Assembly (NCBI RefSeq): GCF_018350175.1
Contig: NC_058378.1
Location: 62,434,001-62,498,000 of the forward strand
DNA from: Felis catus
Taxonomy: Eukaryota
Length of the DNA stretch: 64,000 nucleotides
Reading direction: 5' to 3'
A program made the translations under genes and the position numbers. The notes beneath the pieces were generated by a model. It saw nothing but the letters and a program-made list of their open reading frames with translations. It did not search any database and was not told where the DNA came from. This document shows, in pieces, positions 12,786-26,100 of this stretch (position 1 is the stretch's first letter; the number at the start of each line of letters is the position of its first letter).

Positions 12786-14507
12786 GTCAGGAGTCAGTGC
12801 CCCTCTCTCTGTCGTCTCTCGCTCGTCCCCTCCCCATCAACCCTCTTCTGTCGACTTGACTTCTCCGCTGCACATCCGCTGATTCCTACATTCCTCCCAT
12901 CAACATCCTATTCCCCGCACCCGCAGCCTCATCCCACCCCTCAGTGTTTACCTCCTGTCCCTCCTTCAACTGGGTGGACACACCCCAACCCCACTCTTAA
13001 AACTGGCGCTGTGTTCAACATAGTATGAAATTCATGATTTCCCAGATTCACACATGACAGGCACCCACCCCTAGATTTTGAGCCATAAGGTTTTGAGCCC
13101 AGGAGAGGTACGTAGAAATATTGATGTCTCACTGATTGGTGGGACCTGGAGGAAGGCTTCATAGATACCCACTGTCACCCCTATTCACTGACCCTTGTCC
13201 ACCTGTCACTCCACGATTCCCTATCATCACCTGCTGTGACACATCTTCATTAAGCTCTTCACCTATCACCAATGCCCCATGTTGTCATTGACCACTGTGT
13301 AAAGTCTTCTAGCCCACTTTGTAGCACACTCCATCTTCAGGCTCACCAATGAGGGGCCATTTCTGTAGCTCTCTATTGATCCTTTGTCCATTAGCACCTT
13401 CATTTGTAATTTGGACAACCTCATGTCCCTGTCATCACTTGTCAGTCACAGTCCCCATTCACCGTGGCCATACCCTATTCCTCCATCACCCCTTCAGATC
13501 CCTCCCTCATCTCACACGTCACAGGATCAGTCCCAGCCAGGGTCAGCCATATAGTTTGTGGGGCTCAATGAAGATGCAGAGCCCCTTGTCAACAAATTAT
13601 TAAGAATTCCAAAGTGAGACAGCAGAGCATTAAACCAAAGGTGGGGGCTTATCTGAACAAGGGGCCCTGGGCACTCTCAAGGTTTTATGTCTAGGGAACC
13701 AGACTGGTCCCCACTTCTCTCATCACCATCATGCCCCCACTCTTTTTCCAGTTCCTTCTCATATCTCCTCACATCCCTCACCATTCCGTCTCCTCCATAT
13801 TTGGTCCCTCCTTCCTGTGGGCAAAGATCCCTCCTTCTCTTATCATACAATCCCTCTCCCACCCTCATCTTCCTCACTCTCAGGTAGGTGCCTCACACAT
13901 CCATACTGTGGTGGCCACAATACTCACCCCATTACCTACACTCATTCATGTCTCTTTCCTTCCCATCTCTTTCTCCCATTCCTTCTAGCTCTCCTTTAGT
14001 TTCTCCTTTATTTGATTTTTAGCATACCTTCCTTTTCTCCCTCACCAGTCATCTTGGTTCATTTCATTCTTCATTTTCCACACATAAGCCCAGATACCAA
14101 TACCATTAACAATTTATTTCCCAGTCTCCCTTCCCCTGCATTATCTTCCCCTCATTTCTTGCCTTCTTTTGGTTTTCTTCTCACTTGATCTCAGCCAGGT
14201 TTTCCTCACCTCTACTTCCACAAGTCTCCATTTCCACTCTGGCCTCATTTGTCACGGAAACTCTCTTGTCCTTTTTCCTTGTTGTTCTCCCCACTGAATG
14301 ATATTCCCAACACCTACAACAGTGCCCGGCAGATAGTAAGCACTTAATAGACAGGTGTTGAATGAAGGAACATCATAGTTCCTTTCTGACCAGTTCATGT
14401 TGAAATCATGCTTCTAAAGTAGGTATCATTATATGCTCTAACAATGTAGACACCAACTGGTTATGGGTCACAGCTCAGAGATGATTTTTGCTGTGCTTTT
14501 AGTAGTA

Positions 14508-14588
<81 letters not shown>

Positions 14589-17128
14589 TATGTATCCATG
14601 TGTGTTGTGTACATATACATACATATACACAACACACATATATGGATATTTATTTATTTTGAGAGAAGGAGAGAGTAAGCAAGCAGGAGAGGGGGAGAGA
14701 GAGAGGGAGAGAATGCCAAGCAGGCTCTACAAAGCCCATCATGGGACTGCATCCCATGAACCATGAGATCATGACCTGAGTGGAAATCTGGAGTCTGACA
14801 CTTAACCGACTGAGCCACCCAGGTGCCCCAATAGTAGTATATTTTTAAAATGACAATATGAACAAATCTGTTCGTGAATGTTTTTAAAAACCTTTTCTTT
14901 CTTTGACATTTTTCCATTCCTATGCTAAGTGCCAGATGTACAGGGAAAACCTGGTCTGCAAACAAATCATCAGGCTAGTGATCAAGTGTTGGCATTAATA
15001 CCATTTACACGGATGGAACTGAGAACATTGCTATGATAAATTTTTGTGTGTGCTCATGTTTAGCAACAACAAGGGGAAAACACAGGGCGGCAGCACCACC
15101 ATATTTCCTTAATAAGATTTTTTTCTTCTTTGTGGAATTGCTGTGTTGTGATGTTTACAGTAAGCTGCTTCTCATTGGGAAGAAAATCTCTGTTGAGTTT
15201 AACATTAGTGCTAATGTTATACAAAATGTTATAGGTAGGCTTGGTACTCCACATCTACTTTAAGATGTGGATTCTTTTTGCTTGCATGTAATCTTTAGAA
15301 ATCAATAGTACAAGTGTTTTTGAAAACCAAAAATACATAGACTTTCTCCGTATTGGGCAAGTGAGGCTTGTTAAGGCAGAAGGTAAACTAGACTGCTTAC
15401 CCTGATTCTGCAGGGTGAATTTAAATTTTACTTTATTTTTGGGATTGGAGATCATCTCAGTTGATTTCTTTGATTAGCAATACAGTGTCGATCTTGGAGC
15501 TCTTTTTCATGTAGAATATCAAAGTGTAATGTTGCATACATAAATAAGTCCTCTCAAACTTTGTCAGATCAGAAGTTTTGAGTGGGTCTGTGTGGCCTAC
15601 AGATTAATTCACTCCATATTCCTTAGAATGCCATTCACGGCCTCCAGTCTGTCTTTAACTTCCTGTCTAGTCTTCTCTTTCCTTCTCCCTGTCATACTTC
15701 TTACTCTTTAGCCAACTTGAGTTTTTTTTTTTAAATTTTTAAATATTTTTTTAAAATTTATTTTTGAGAAAGAGAGAGAGAGAGACCGAATACAAGTGGG
15801 TTGGGGCAGAGAGAGAGGGAGGCACAGAATCTGAAGCAGGCTCCAGGCTCCAAGCTGTCAGCACAGAGTCTGACGCGGGGCTCGAACTCATGAGCTGTGA
15901 GATCATGACCTGAGCCGAAGTCAGATGCTCAACCGACTGAGCCACCCAGGCGCCCCGAGCTTTTTTTTTTTTTTTTTAATAGAATTTATTGTCAAGTTAG
16001 CTAACATACAGTGTATACAACGCGCTCTTAGCTTCGGAAGTAGATTCTCATGATTCATCACTTACATACAACACCCCCAACTTGAGCTTCTTAACCAATC
16101 TCAAATCCTGGATACTTTCTGGGCTTGAGCCTTTGTTCAAGCTTTGCCATGGGCCAGGCATACCTTTTCTCTCCATATTCACCTGTGAATATTTCACTCT
16201 CCCATCTGGGCATACTCAAATACCACCTCCTTTAGAAAATTTGCTTTCATTCTTGCTGCTGGGAGTAGTTCCATCTTCCTATAGGTCCTTGTAGAATTTT
16301 GAATCCATTTTATGGCATGTATCAAATTCTGTACTTCCATTATCTGAAAACATACTCCATCAACTATTAATGTATAAATTCCCTGTGGGAGGGCTGTTTA
16401 TTCCTTACCTTGGTACCTCCTACGAAGGCTCCCTCATTCCAACTTACAAATAGCAGATGTTCAATAAATATTTGCTGAATAAATGAAGAAATTTATTAAC
16501 CACCCCCATTCTTTTTCATTATTGTGCTGTGTCTAACAAGGAGAAGGTGTATTAGTTTACTAGGCTGTTACTCAGCCATAACAGAGTACTGCAAACATGG
16601 TGGTTTAAACAGTAGACACTTCTTGTCTCACACTTTTGGAGGTTGAAGTCTGCAATCAGGATGTTGGCAGGACCATGCTTCCTCTGAGACTCTAAGTAAA
16701 ATTCTTCCTTACCTCTTCCTAGCTTCTGATGGCAGCCAGTGATCCTTAGCTTTCCTTGGCTTACACCCTGTTTCTGTCTTCACGTGGTATTTCTTTCTTT
16801 CTTTATTTTTATTTTAATGTTTATTTATTTTTGAGAGAGAGCAAGAGAGAGAACAAGTGGAGGAGGGGCAGTGAAAGGGAAACAGAGGATCCAAAGTGGG
16901 CTCCAGGCTGACATCAGAGAGCCTAATGCAGTGCTTGAACCCATGAACTGTGAGATCATGACCTAAGCCGAAGTCAGATGCTTAGGCAACTGAGCCACCC
17001 AGGCGCCCCTCGTGGTGTTTCTTCCTTCCTGTGTTTGTGTCGCTGTCCAAATCCCATCCTCTACTTTTTTTGCATTGAGATAGAATTGACATGTGACATT
17101 GTATTAGTTTTAGTTGTACAACATAATG

Positions 17129-17161
<33 letters not shown>

Positions 17162-20100
17162 AAATGATTACTACAATAAGTTTAACATCCATCACTACAC
17201 ATAGTTACAGTCTTCCCTCTTTTTATAAGGACACCAGTCTTATTGGATGAGGGCCCACTCTACTCCAGTGTGACCTCAAGTTAACTGATTATATATGCAA
17301 TGACTCTACTTCCAAACAAGTCACATTTATAGGTACTGGGTGTTAGAACTTCAACATACCTTTCTGGGAGACAAATTCAACCCTTAATGCTAGGGAAATA
17401 AGAATTCTTGGGGTGCCTGGGTGGCTCAGTCAGTTGAACGTCTGACTCTTGATTTCAGCTCAGGTCATGATCTCGCGGTTGGTGAGATTGTGCTATTGGT
17501 GCAGATTCTGCTTGGGATTCTCTCTCTCCCTCTCTTTCTGTGTCTCTCCCCTGCACCCTCTCCCCCCACCCCCAAAATAAATAAAATACACTGAAAAAAA
17601 AATCTTATTTAACTAACTCCGGGTTCTCATCTAAGTCCTAGCCAGATGTGTTTGAATTGTATCTGTATGTCCAGGCTTTTTTTTTAAAAAAATAATTTGT
17701 TGTCCAGCTGATCATGGAAAGCAAATCTAGAGAAGACCTGTGAGCATTGCACAAAGGGCATCTCAATACACCTGTGAAGATGACCTTGTCTTATCATTTT
17801 AAGAGATAAAAATGATGGAATAGCGTTTAGGAGAAGATTCCATATTTCGGATGGGGTTCATTGTGAGTACGTGTGATTTCATGGTATCCACACCAAGATT
17901 CCATATATCTGACCATAATATCCCTTGGCTTTCTTCTGCAGGATGAAGTGAAAACAAATCAGGGCTTGGAATAATCATAACATATCAAAATTTATTGAGT
18001 GCCTCCTCTTTGCCAGGCACTTGGCCAAGTGTTTAACATGAATGATCCTGTTTGTTTATTTTTTTGAAGTTTATTTATTTATTTTGGAGGGGGGAGAGGC
18101 AGAGAGAGAGGGAGAGAGACAATCCTAAGCAGGCTCCGTGCTGTCATCATGGCGCCCAATTCAGGGCTCAGTCTCACACCATGAGATCATGACCTAAGCT
18201 GAAATCAAGTCATGCACTTAACTGACCAAGCACGCCTAATGAATGATACTATTTAATCTGATCTTTGACACCATGTGGTAGGAAATATTATTATCCTAAT
18301 GCATATGTGTACATATATACATGCATCAGGGGATGAACAAGATGTCTTTCCATCATATAGTCTTAATGTTTCTGTTTTTTCAGTGATTTTTGTTTTGCTT
18401 CTATGAAGATCTTGTATTCATAGATAATAATATCAACCCCTGAATAGTAACATAGACATATGGTAATACTCATTCCCCTTCCTGCTCTTTTGTACAGGAA
18501 AAGAGTGAGAAACTAGTGTTGGAAGAAACTGCATTTGAAGAAATCGAAAGGGATTTTCAGGAGGTTCTCAATGAACTTTCGGGAGATAAAAGTCTGGAGA
18601 AATTTAGAATTGAATATGAGAAGCTTCATGCTGTCATGAAAAAGTCTTATGACAATGAAAAGCGTCTGATGGCCAAATGCAGAGAGCTAAACGCAGAGAT
18701 TGTGGTTAATTCTGCAAAGGTCGCCACTGCCCTGAAGCTCTCCCAGGATGATCAGACCACCATTGCATCCCTGAAGAAGGTCAGTGATCTCATAGAAACA
18801 GAGCCTACGGAGAGCTGCCATAAATGCATCCTATATTTAAAACGTCATTCTTTCCTTATATTGGCAGCTCTAGGCTGGTAGTAAGTGAGTTATTAAGTAA
18901 AAATCTACATGATTTATATATTCATTAAGCCTAGGGAATAATGTTATTTTCAAAGGAAATAATTAGCCTGGTGAATTTCACTGGGCAGAAAATAATATAG
19001 AACCTTGCTGGCTTGCTTTCTAAGAAGTACTGGGTTAGCAGAAAGAATGAGAAGTAAGGAAATGTAATATTAGGGACCTTGGTATGTCTTGTTTGATAGA
19101 AGATGAGTAATTAAATATCTCATGATGATAGCTTGTGAAGGATATTTTTTGAAGGATATTTTCATGTTTTTGCTTTTCCTACTGTTTTAGAAGAAATTGC
19201 CTTGAGAATTCCTAGATAGGAATTTTCATGATCTTGTTTCCTCCTTGATCCTCCCAATTCCTCATAATGGGAGATCAGGGATTCAGTCTGGGGGCTACTG
19301 AGGAAGCATGGTTCTACTTTACCATGGAGTTTTTCATCCTCAAGTGTGTTGCATTATTTTGAGGGTAAAATGTAAATGTTCCTTGTTGCTCTCGGGGTGA
19401 TAAGAAGTTGAGAGATTTTAATTTATAATTAAAACCCGAGTGGTAAAAAATAACTCATAAACTTTTTAGATAATTCCCTTGATATCATACAATGAAACAT
19501 CAGGCAATTTAAATGAATTTTCAAGACCAGTGCAAATTATGACATCTGTTATCTTAGAATTTACTTTTTTAAAGTGCCATTTTCTATTGTCATTTTCTTC
19601 TCTTTGCTGGAAAACCAATAAAAGAAGGCTTTAAATCATTGTATGATGAGGAAAAAAAACACTTTTTATTGCAAATTAAAAAACTGTAAATGGAAGTCAT
19701 GAGCTGGTTAAAATATAATTGGTGAAGTTGATTTGGACAAAACTTCGTATAATTGTATTTTCATTTAAATATCCTTCATTTGTTTTGCTGAAAATAGTAC
19801 GTATCGTTGCTACAGAAAAATATACCCTGTAATTATTTTGAATCAGTAAATTATGTGAAGTTACCCAAGACTCATCTATCTCTCTCTCCTTCATGTAATG
19901 GTGAGCACGAATTTGTGTAAATACTCTCTTCCACTCATTTTATTCCTTGTCAACATAAAAGCGGAATGTTTTCACCTGAAGCTTATAGGTTCTTACCTAT
20001 ACGAAGGACTCACATTGCACTTGACAGAACTTAGCAAGAAAATGGAGTGGTGGGGTAAAACTGAAGGCTGTTACAACATTTACTATGCTTTGTTCACTTA

Positions 20101-23100
20101 TTTGAATGGCTGTAATTCACTTTTAAGTATTTATGTTAATATTCCACATTGGATTTAATAATAGTAAGGAAGCCAAAACTGCATGAGTCCTTGTTCCCAT
20201 TCCCAGCTAGGGCTTTGCTTTTCCCCTGTGAGCATCTGATGAGAAGATCTGGGAGTGGATTTCTGGAATGGGAATTACCAAGGCTGTTATGTACAATTAG
20301 GTGACAGCAAAGACCACCTTGCTATGAATTGTTCTAAAGCTGACATAGCCATCCAGGACCCCTTACTTGAGACCTGACTACAAAATAGATTTTTAAAAAA
20401 TTTGTAATCGATCAAGAGCTTCAAATTTAGGGCTTGGATCCAAGGCCACTCCTTATTTTTTTTTCTCCATAATACTTGGGCTTGGAAAACACATAGGCTT
20501 TCGTTTTTTTAATTTTGTAAACCTATCTTAACATTTTTATTAGAAATATCCTCCTAGTTATAGTGGCCCTTGCAAGATGTAAGCCTTGTAACCCCACTCA
20601 CCTACACAAGGAAAAATACCATTTGCTAGGACCCCTTCTAACACTGCTGTTCAGTATCGACTAGCTCATGTTGAACAATTTAGTAAGTCAATATAAATGG
20701 AATGCATAATGTATAATATATAATCTTCTTTCCCCATAAATGACAACTATATTGGAGTTGTTTTATTATTCTGTTTACTCAGTTTATCTTGCATCTGGAT
20801 CCTAGTTTGGTTTTTCTCACTAATGTGCCGTGGCCCATATAGGAAATCGAAAAGGCCTGGAAGATGGTGGACTCGGCCTATGACAAAGAGCAGAAGGCAA
20901 AGGAGACGATCCTTGCCCTGAAAGAGGAAATAGTGAACTTAACCAAACTAGTCGAGCAGGGGTCTGGACTGTCACTGGACCAGGATAGCAAGTAGGTCAT
21001 AGACTTGTTAATGTATGTTGAACTTGCTTTTGTGGAGGCCCCCTTCTTCAGCAGATGGCCTGGGGTTTGCCGTGTTACCTTGAACATTCTTTATGATACA
21101 ACAGTCTTCTTCTTTGGTAGTTTGCTGGAGATTGTTTTCCATCTATTGCTATTTTTTGTTTTTAATGCTCCCTTTCTCCATACCCAAGAACTCATAATTT
21201 GTGGTTATATTAAACTTTTGGCTCTGCAGGAATATGTACTACAATTTCAAAATGAGTAAATATTTTAGATTTCTTTCTCTCAAACTTGTGTGAAATGGAA
21301 CTGGCTGCCTTTCTCCTCTGATTTCCAGCCCCTTCCCATGCTCTGAACCCCCATTAGTCCCATCACCATTCTTCTAACTTCTCTGGTTCTAGGCCAGAAA
21401 ACAGATTCTAGACCGCTCTTTTAACCCTGAAAGCTTCGTCTTGTCGATTCTGTCTTCTAATCACCACTTGTGTCTTTCCCTGCTCCTTATCAGCAGTGCT
21501 AATGCCTTGCTTCGGGCTCCCCATTCTTGGCTGGATTTGGCGATGGACTGCTAACTGCTCTACCTGCCTTCAAGGAGACATATCCCCTCTTCACCATCTT
21601 CCACACACCAGATTTAGGCTTCTGAAATGTGTATCTGAGTGCTCCCATCTCCAGCACATGTTCCAAACACCTTCAGTAGCTCCCCACTCCCAAAGAATGC
21701 AGCCCAGTCATGAACATGTCTTTTAGGGCCCTACATAGATCTGTCCGCCAGCCTTGCTAGACTCATGTCCCGAAACACCATGCTTGCTGATGCCTCAATA
21801 CCTTTGATCATGCTTTGATCAAGCATTTTATAAATGCTTTTTCTTTATTTCTCCACACAGTAAACAACTATGCACGCTTCATGACCCATCTCAAACACCA
21901 TCTTAATTTCATCACTGTTGGCACCTCTATTTCAACCTCCTTCCTACCCCTAACCTCAGTGAGAGTCACTGTGTTCTCTGTTTCTGTAGAACCCAACATG
22001 TATCTTAAGTATGGCATTGATCACATTGTATTGAAATTATTTGTTGAAATACTTCACTATCCGTTAGGCTACAAACTCTTGAAGGAAGACACTTTTACCT
22101 TTCCTCTAGGTGTCTAGCACTGTGCAAGGCATGCAAAACCTTGCATTAGTTTATGAGTCAGGAATGATCACACACTTCCTTAGGCATTTTTTTTTAAGTT
22201 GGCTCCATACCCAGTGTGGAGCCCAATGCAGGGCTTGAACTCATGACCTTGAGATCAAGACCTGAGCTGAAATGAAGAGTCGGACACTCAACTGACCAAG
22301 CCACCGGGGTGCCCCTTCCTTAGGCATTTTTCACCAACTCTAACTGCTGCCTAGGTTTCTTATGTTTTCTAGATGCATTTATCCAATGTTGAGAGATAGT
22401 TCTAGGTGCCAGGGTTGGAGGAAGGAACAGGAAAAACAGAAGACGTGATATCTGTCATAATGGACTCTATTTTCTCATTAAAGGAGTCAAGCATCATCAG
22501 AGCAACTACTGAAGAGCAATGTGAGGGATCTGATCAGTTAGGAGTTTTAATGAGAGTTGGAGCACAGTGAGGAGGAGAACTAAAGAAACTATCTAGCCCT
22601 AACAATGTGCTTAGGTGTAGCTGTCTTCAGAGTAACCTCAGAATTTGAAGTTTTGTTTCTGGAGAAGAAGTTGAATGCAGTTCTGAAAGTTCCTTATTAA
22701 ATACTTATGTTCTACCAAAGTTGTTGGTAAATAAACATTGTCAGAGGTGCTTCCAATGGTCATTTGATGACTCAGTAGTAAGTACCTCAAGTTCTCTATT
22801 TTCTCAACTCTCATGTGGCTGCCTTGTTCTAGACCTTCATTCTGCTGCACAGGTCAGATCAGACACAGTCTTTCTATTTCAAGAACACTAATTCTGCAGA
22901 AAGTCATGCCAAATCACAAATAATGGTTTTTTTAATGTGGAAGTAACTGGTTAACAATTCAAATCAACAAATATCATCACATACTCTCCAAAAGCTGGCA
23001 ACATGAATGATTTCCAAATTTTGTTCTTGGGAACATTTTATCAGAGTTGCATCCCTTTGGTGGAAACTAATCTCTATGGGTGAATGATTAGAAAACTGGC

Positions 23101-26100
23101 AGTGTGTATTATTTGCTTATTTTTATGCTTTATTTTAGACTTTATAGTTGTGATCATAGCCCTCTCTTGGGTATATTAAACAAATAATTTCTTAAATTAA
23201 CATTTTCTTTAGGATTAATTACAAGAGTTGACAGTAGCTGTATAGGCTTATTGTAACAAATTCAAATAATACGGAGGCGTGGCAACTAAGGAGTAAGAAT
23301 TACCCCTCCAACTCTTCCAACGCTATATTCTACTTTTCAGAGGTAACCAGTTACCAATTACCAGTTTGGATCTATTTTCTTGGACTTCTATAAAAATGTC
23401 TATAAAACAAATACATACACCTATATGCAGACACTGTAATTATTTAAACATCAGAAAAGGGATCATGTTATATATATTATTATTGGAATGTCTTTTTCAG
23501 TTAACAACTCACAAGCAGCTACCATGTCCATGTCAGGGCATAAAGGTCCTTCTCTTTCACACTTGAATGGTGTTAGTCCTTGACCTAAAGTCTTTCCCAT
23601 GAAAATGTGCTCAGAGGGTGATAGGAAGGGCTCCTGAGAAGATGGCCTTTTAGTCTGACTCCTGTGTTCTTCTTTTTTAGTATCCGAGATTTACTGAAGT
23701 TCAAAGAAGAAGTGATAAAGGAGCGAGACCAGCTCTTGTCAGAAGTGGTGAAATTACGAGAGTCCTTAGCTCAGACTACTGAACAGCAGCAGGAAACGGA
23801 GAGATGCAGAGAAGAGGCAGAGCAGACCATCAGTCAGGTCTGCTTTGTCATGGAGGGCAAGATGAAAGAACATTACCTTCTAGAAGTCCTTCCCATATTG
23901 TTCCTCTCTCAGATTTACCCCCTGGTGCCCAAATGAAGCATCCACAGGTCTGCTTATTTGTCTGGTTTGTTCTTACAAGAACAGTTTTACTTGTTCATTT
24001 CTTCTCAACATTCTGTGTCTGAGAAGTCACTAAGACAGGGCACTGCTTACAATTTTGGCTTAAGAATGTGTCCCCGGCAAAGGTGAGAATGCTCGGCATC
24101 TGGAGATGGTGCAAGTAGTTCCCTTGGCCCTTCTCCTTTGTAAGGACCTCTTTTCAACACTGTTTATAATAACCCAGGAGTCAAATAGATGATACACACA
24201 TGCAACCCCTAGGAGATTACTTTGAGCATGAGATAACAGATTTTTCATAGATTTTTGACCATCATGATAAAGCTATAATGCTTTATGTAATAACATCCAG
24301 GACTCATGTGAAACATAATTTAATGTTTAGGGTAACTGGCGACATTTTATTTAGATCCTATTGATAGAGAATTGGGTGAATTCTTTCAATGTTTAACTCT
24401 CTAGAATTCTGGGTTTCCCTATTTAATTGGATCTTATACCATTCTTTGTGGCTTTGTTCCCACCGTTAGGGTGGATGTCTGGTGTTAAGGCTCTGGAAAA
24501 CAACACAGAACATTCTCGAAAAGTTTGAACGTTGGGGTTCAAAGATGACTGTCCTGCAGGGGAAAGGCTACCACGAGGTGACTGCCCCGAAGCTAGAAGA
24601 GTTGAGATGAGGAGCAGCTCAGCTGGTTGAGATCTGTCCTGGGGCGGGCTTCATCCCTTTCCTCCCCTGTCCTTTCTGTGCCCTAGTTCCGGCAAGAGAT
24701 ACAGCAACGTCAGAATGAAGCATCACGGGAGTCTCGGAAGAAGGAAAAACTGGAGAAAGAGCTCAGGCAGATTCAGACAGACATGGACACCAGGCAGACG
24801 GAAATTAGGGCCCTGCAGCAGTATGTGCAGAAGAGCAAGGAGGAGCTTCAGAAGCTGGAGCAGCAGCTGAAGGAACAGAAGGTGCGCTGGGTGTGGGCTG
24901 CACCTCGGTCCTCGCAAAAACAAGAAGGGGGCCTTTGGAACACTTTGAGTTTTCTCTGGAAAGGAGCAGACTCTCTGCACTAGAGATGTTGGTAACATAG
25001 CACTGGGCACTGCATTGCTCTTTGAAGAGCTCGTATGGGTATCTATGACCCTTTCTTCCCCCAGCTCCAACAGGTTAATTTCTTTTTAACATTCTGTTGA
25101 TGTGTAATATACACATAGAAAAGTGTGTAAGTCAACAGTGTACAGCTTGATGAATTTTCTCCACCTGAACATATCTTGGTCACCTGCACCAGGCCCAAGG
25201 AACAGTACGCCAGATGTCCCTTTGTGCCCCCTCCCAGTCATTCTCTCCCTTAAAGGTCACTTCTATTCTGAAACCTAAGCAGAGTTTAGTTTTGTCTGTT
25301 TTTGCACTTTACAGAAATGCACTCATACAGTCATACAATGCTCTTTTGTACTAACTTGCTCAATATTTTGTCTGTTTGTGAGATTCATTTGTGTTGCCAC
25401 ATGGTTATAGAATGGCACTATCCAGTATGGCCATGCATTGCTATTTAAATTTAAGTTATTTTAAATAAAATGAAACAAAATAAAATAAAACCTCAAGTGC
25501 TCAGTTGAACTAGTACCATTTCAAGTGCTTAATAGCCACAGGGCTAGTAGATAACCTATTGGACAGAACAGATAGACAACATTCACATCATTGCAGAAAG
25601 TTCTGTTGGACAGAGCTCAATAGAACATTCACCGTCATAGTGTTCCTTGTGTGACCGTAACATGGCTTATTTTTAAGTGGCTTATTTTTAAGTTTCAAGT
25701 TTAGGAACCCATATTCAGTCTATCTGCATTTTAAATATGGTGCTATTTTTAATATTTTCCCTATAACAGTAGTTGAAGGTAACTCAAATAGTAATAATTG
25801 TGCTCTGTCTTTTCTCATTTCTTAAAGAGGCAATTCATATAATTGAGAAAAGTCGTTTCTTGAAAATAGTTTCTCTTAGGAAGTTTTCAAAGAATTGCCA
25901 AGACATACAGCATTTTTCCACTTAAAAAATAGATATTAGAACACATTTCTTTGTCAATTACCTTATTAATATTGTATAAAGGCAGAAATCAGATGGGTAA
26001 TACACATTGTGCAAGTATCCACAAGAAAAACGAGACTTCTTTGAGCATGAAATTTAAGAGGTTTTTGAACATCACGATTGAATTACAGTGCTTTGTTTAG

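Larger units (their letters stand above)
12270..12880 (+). promoter_or_regulatory. CpG-island promoter and 5'UTR of CFAP58, with GC boxes (~12448-12497) and CCAAT (12659-12663)
   Basis: The only CpG-dense GC-rich stretch in the window; it lies immediately upstream of the ATG; several CCGCCC motifs. Confidence 0.85.
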
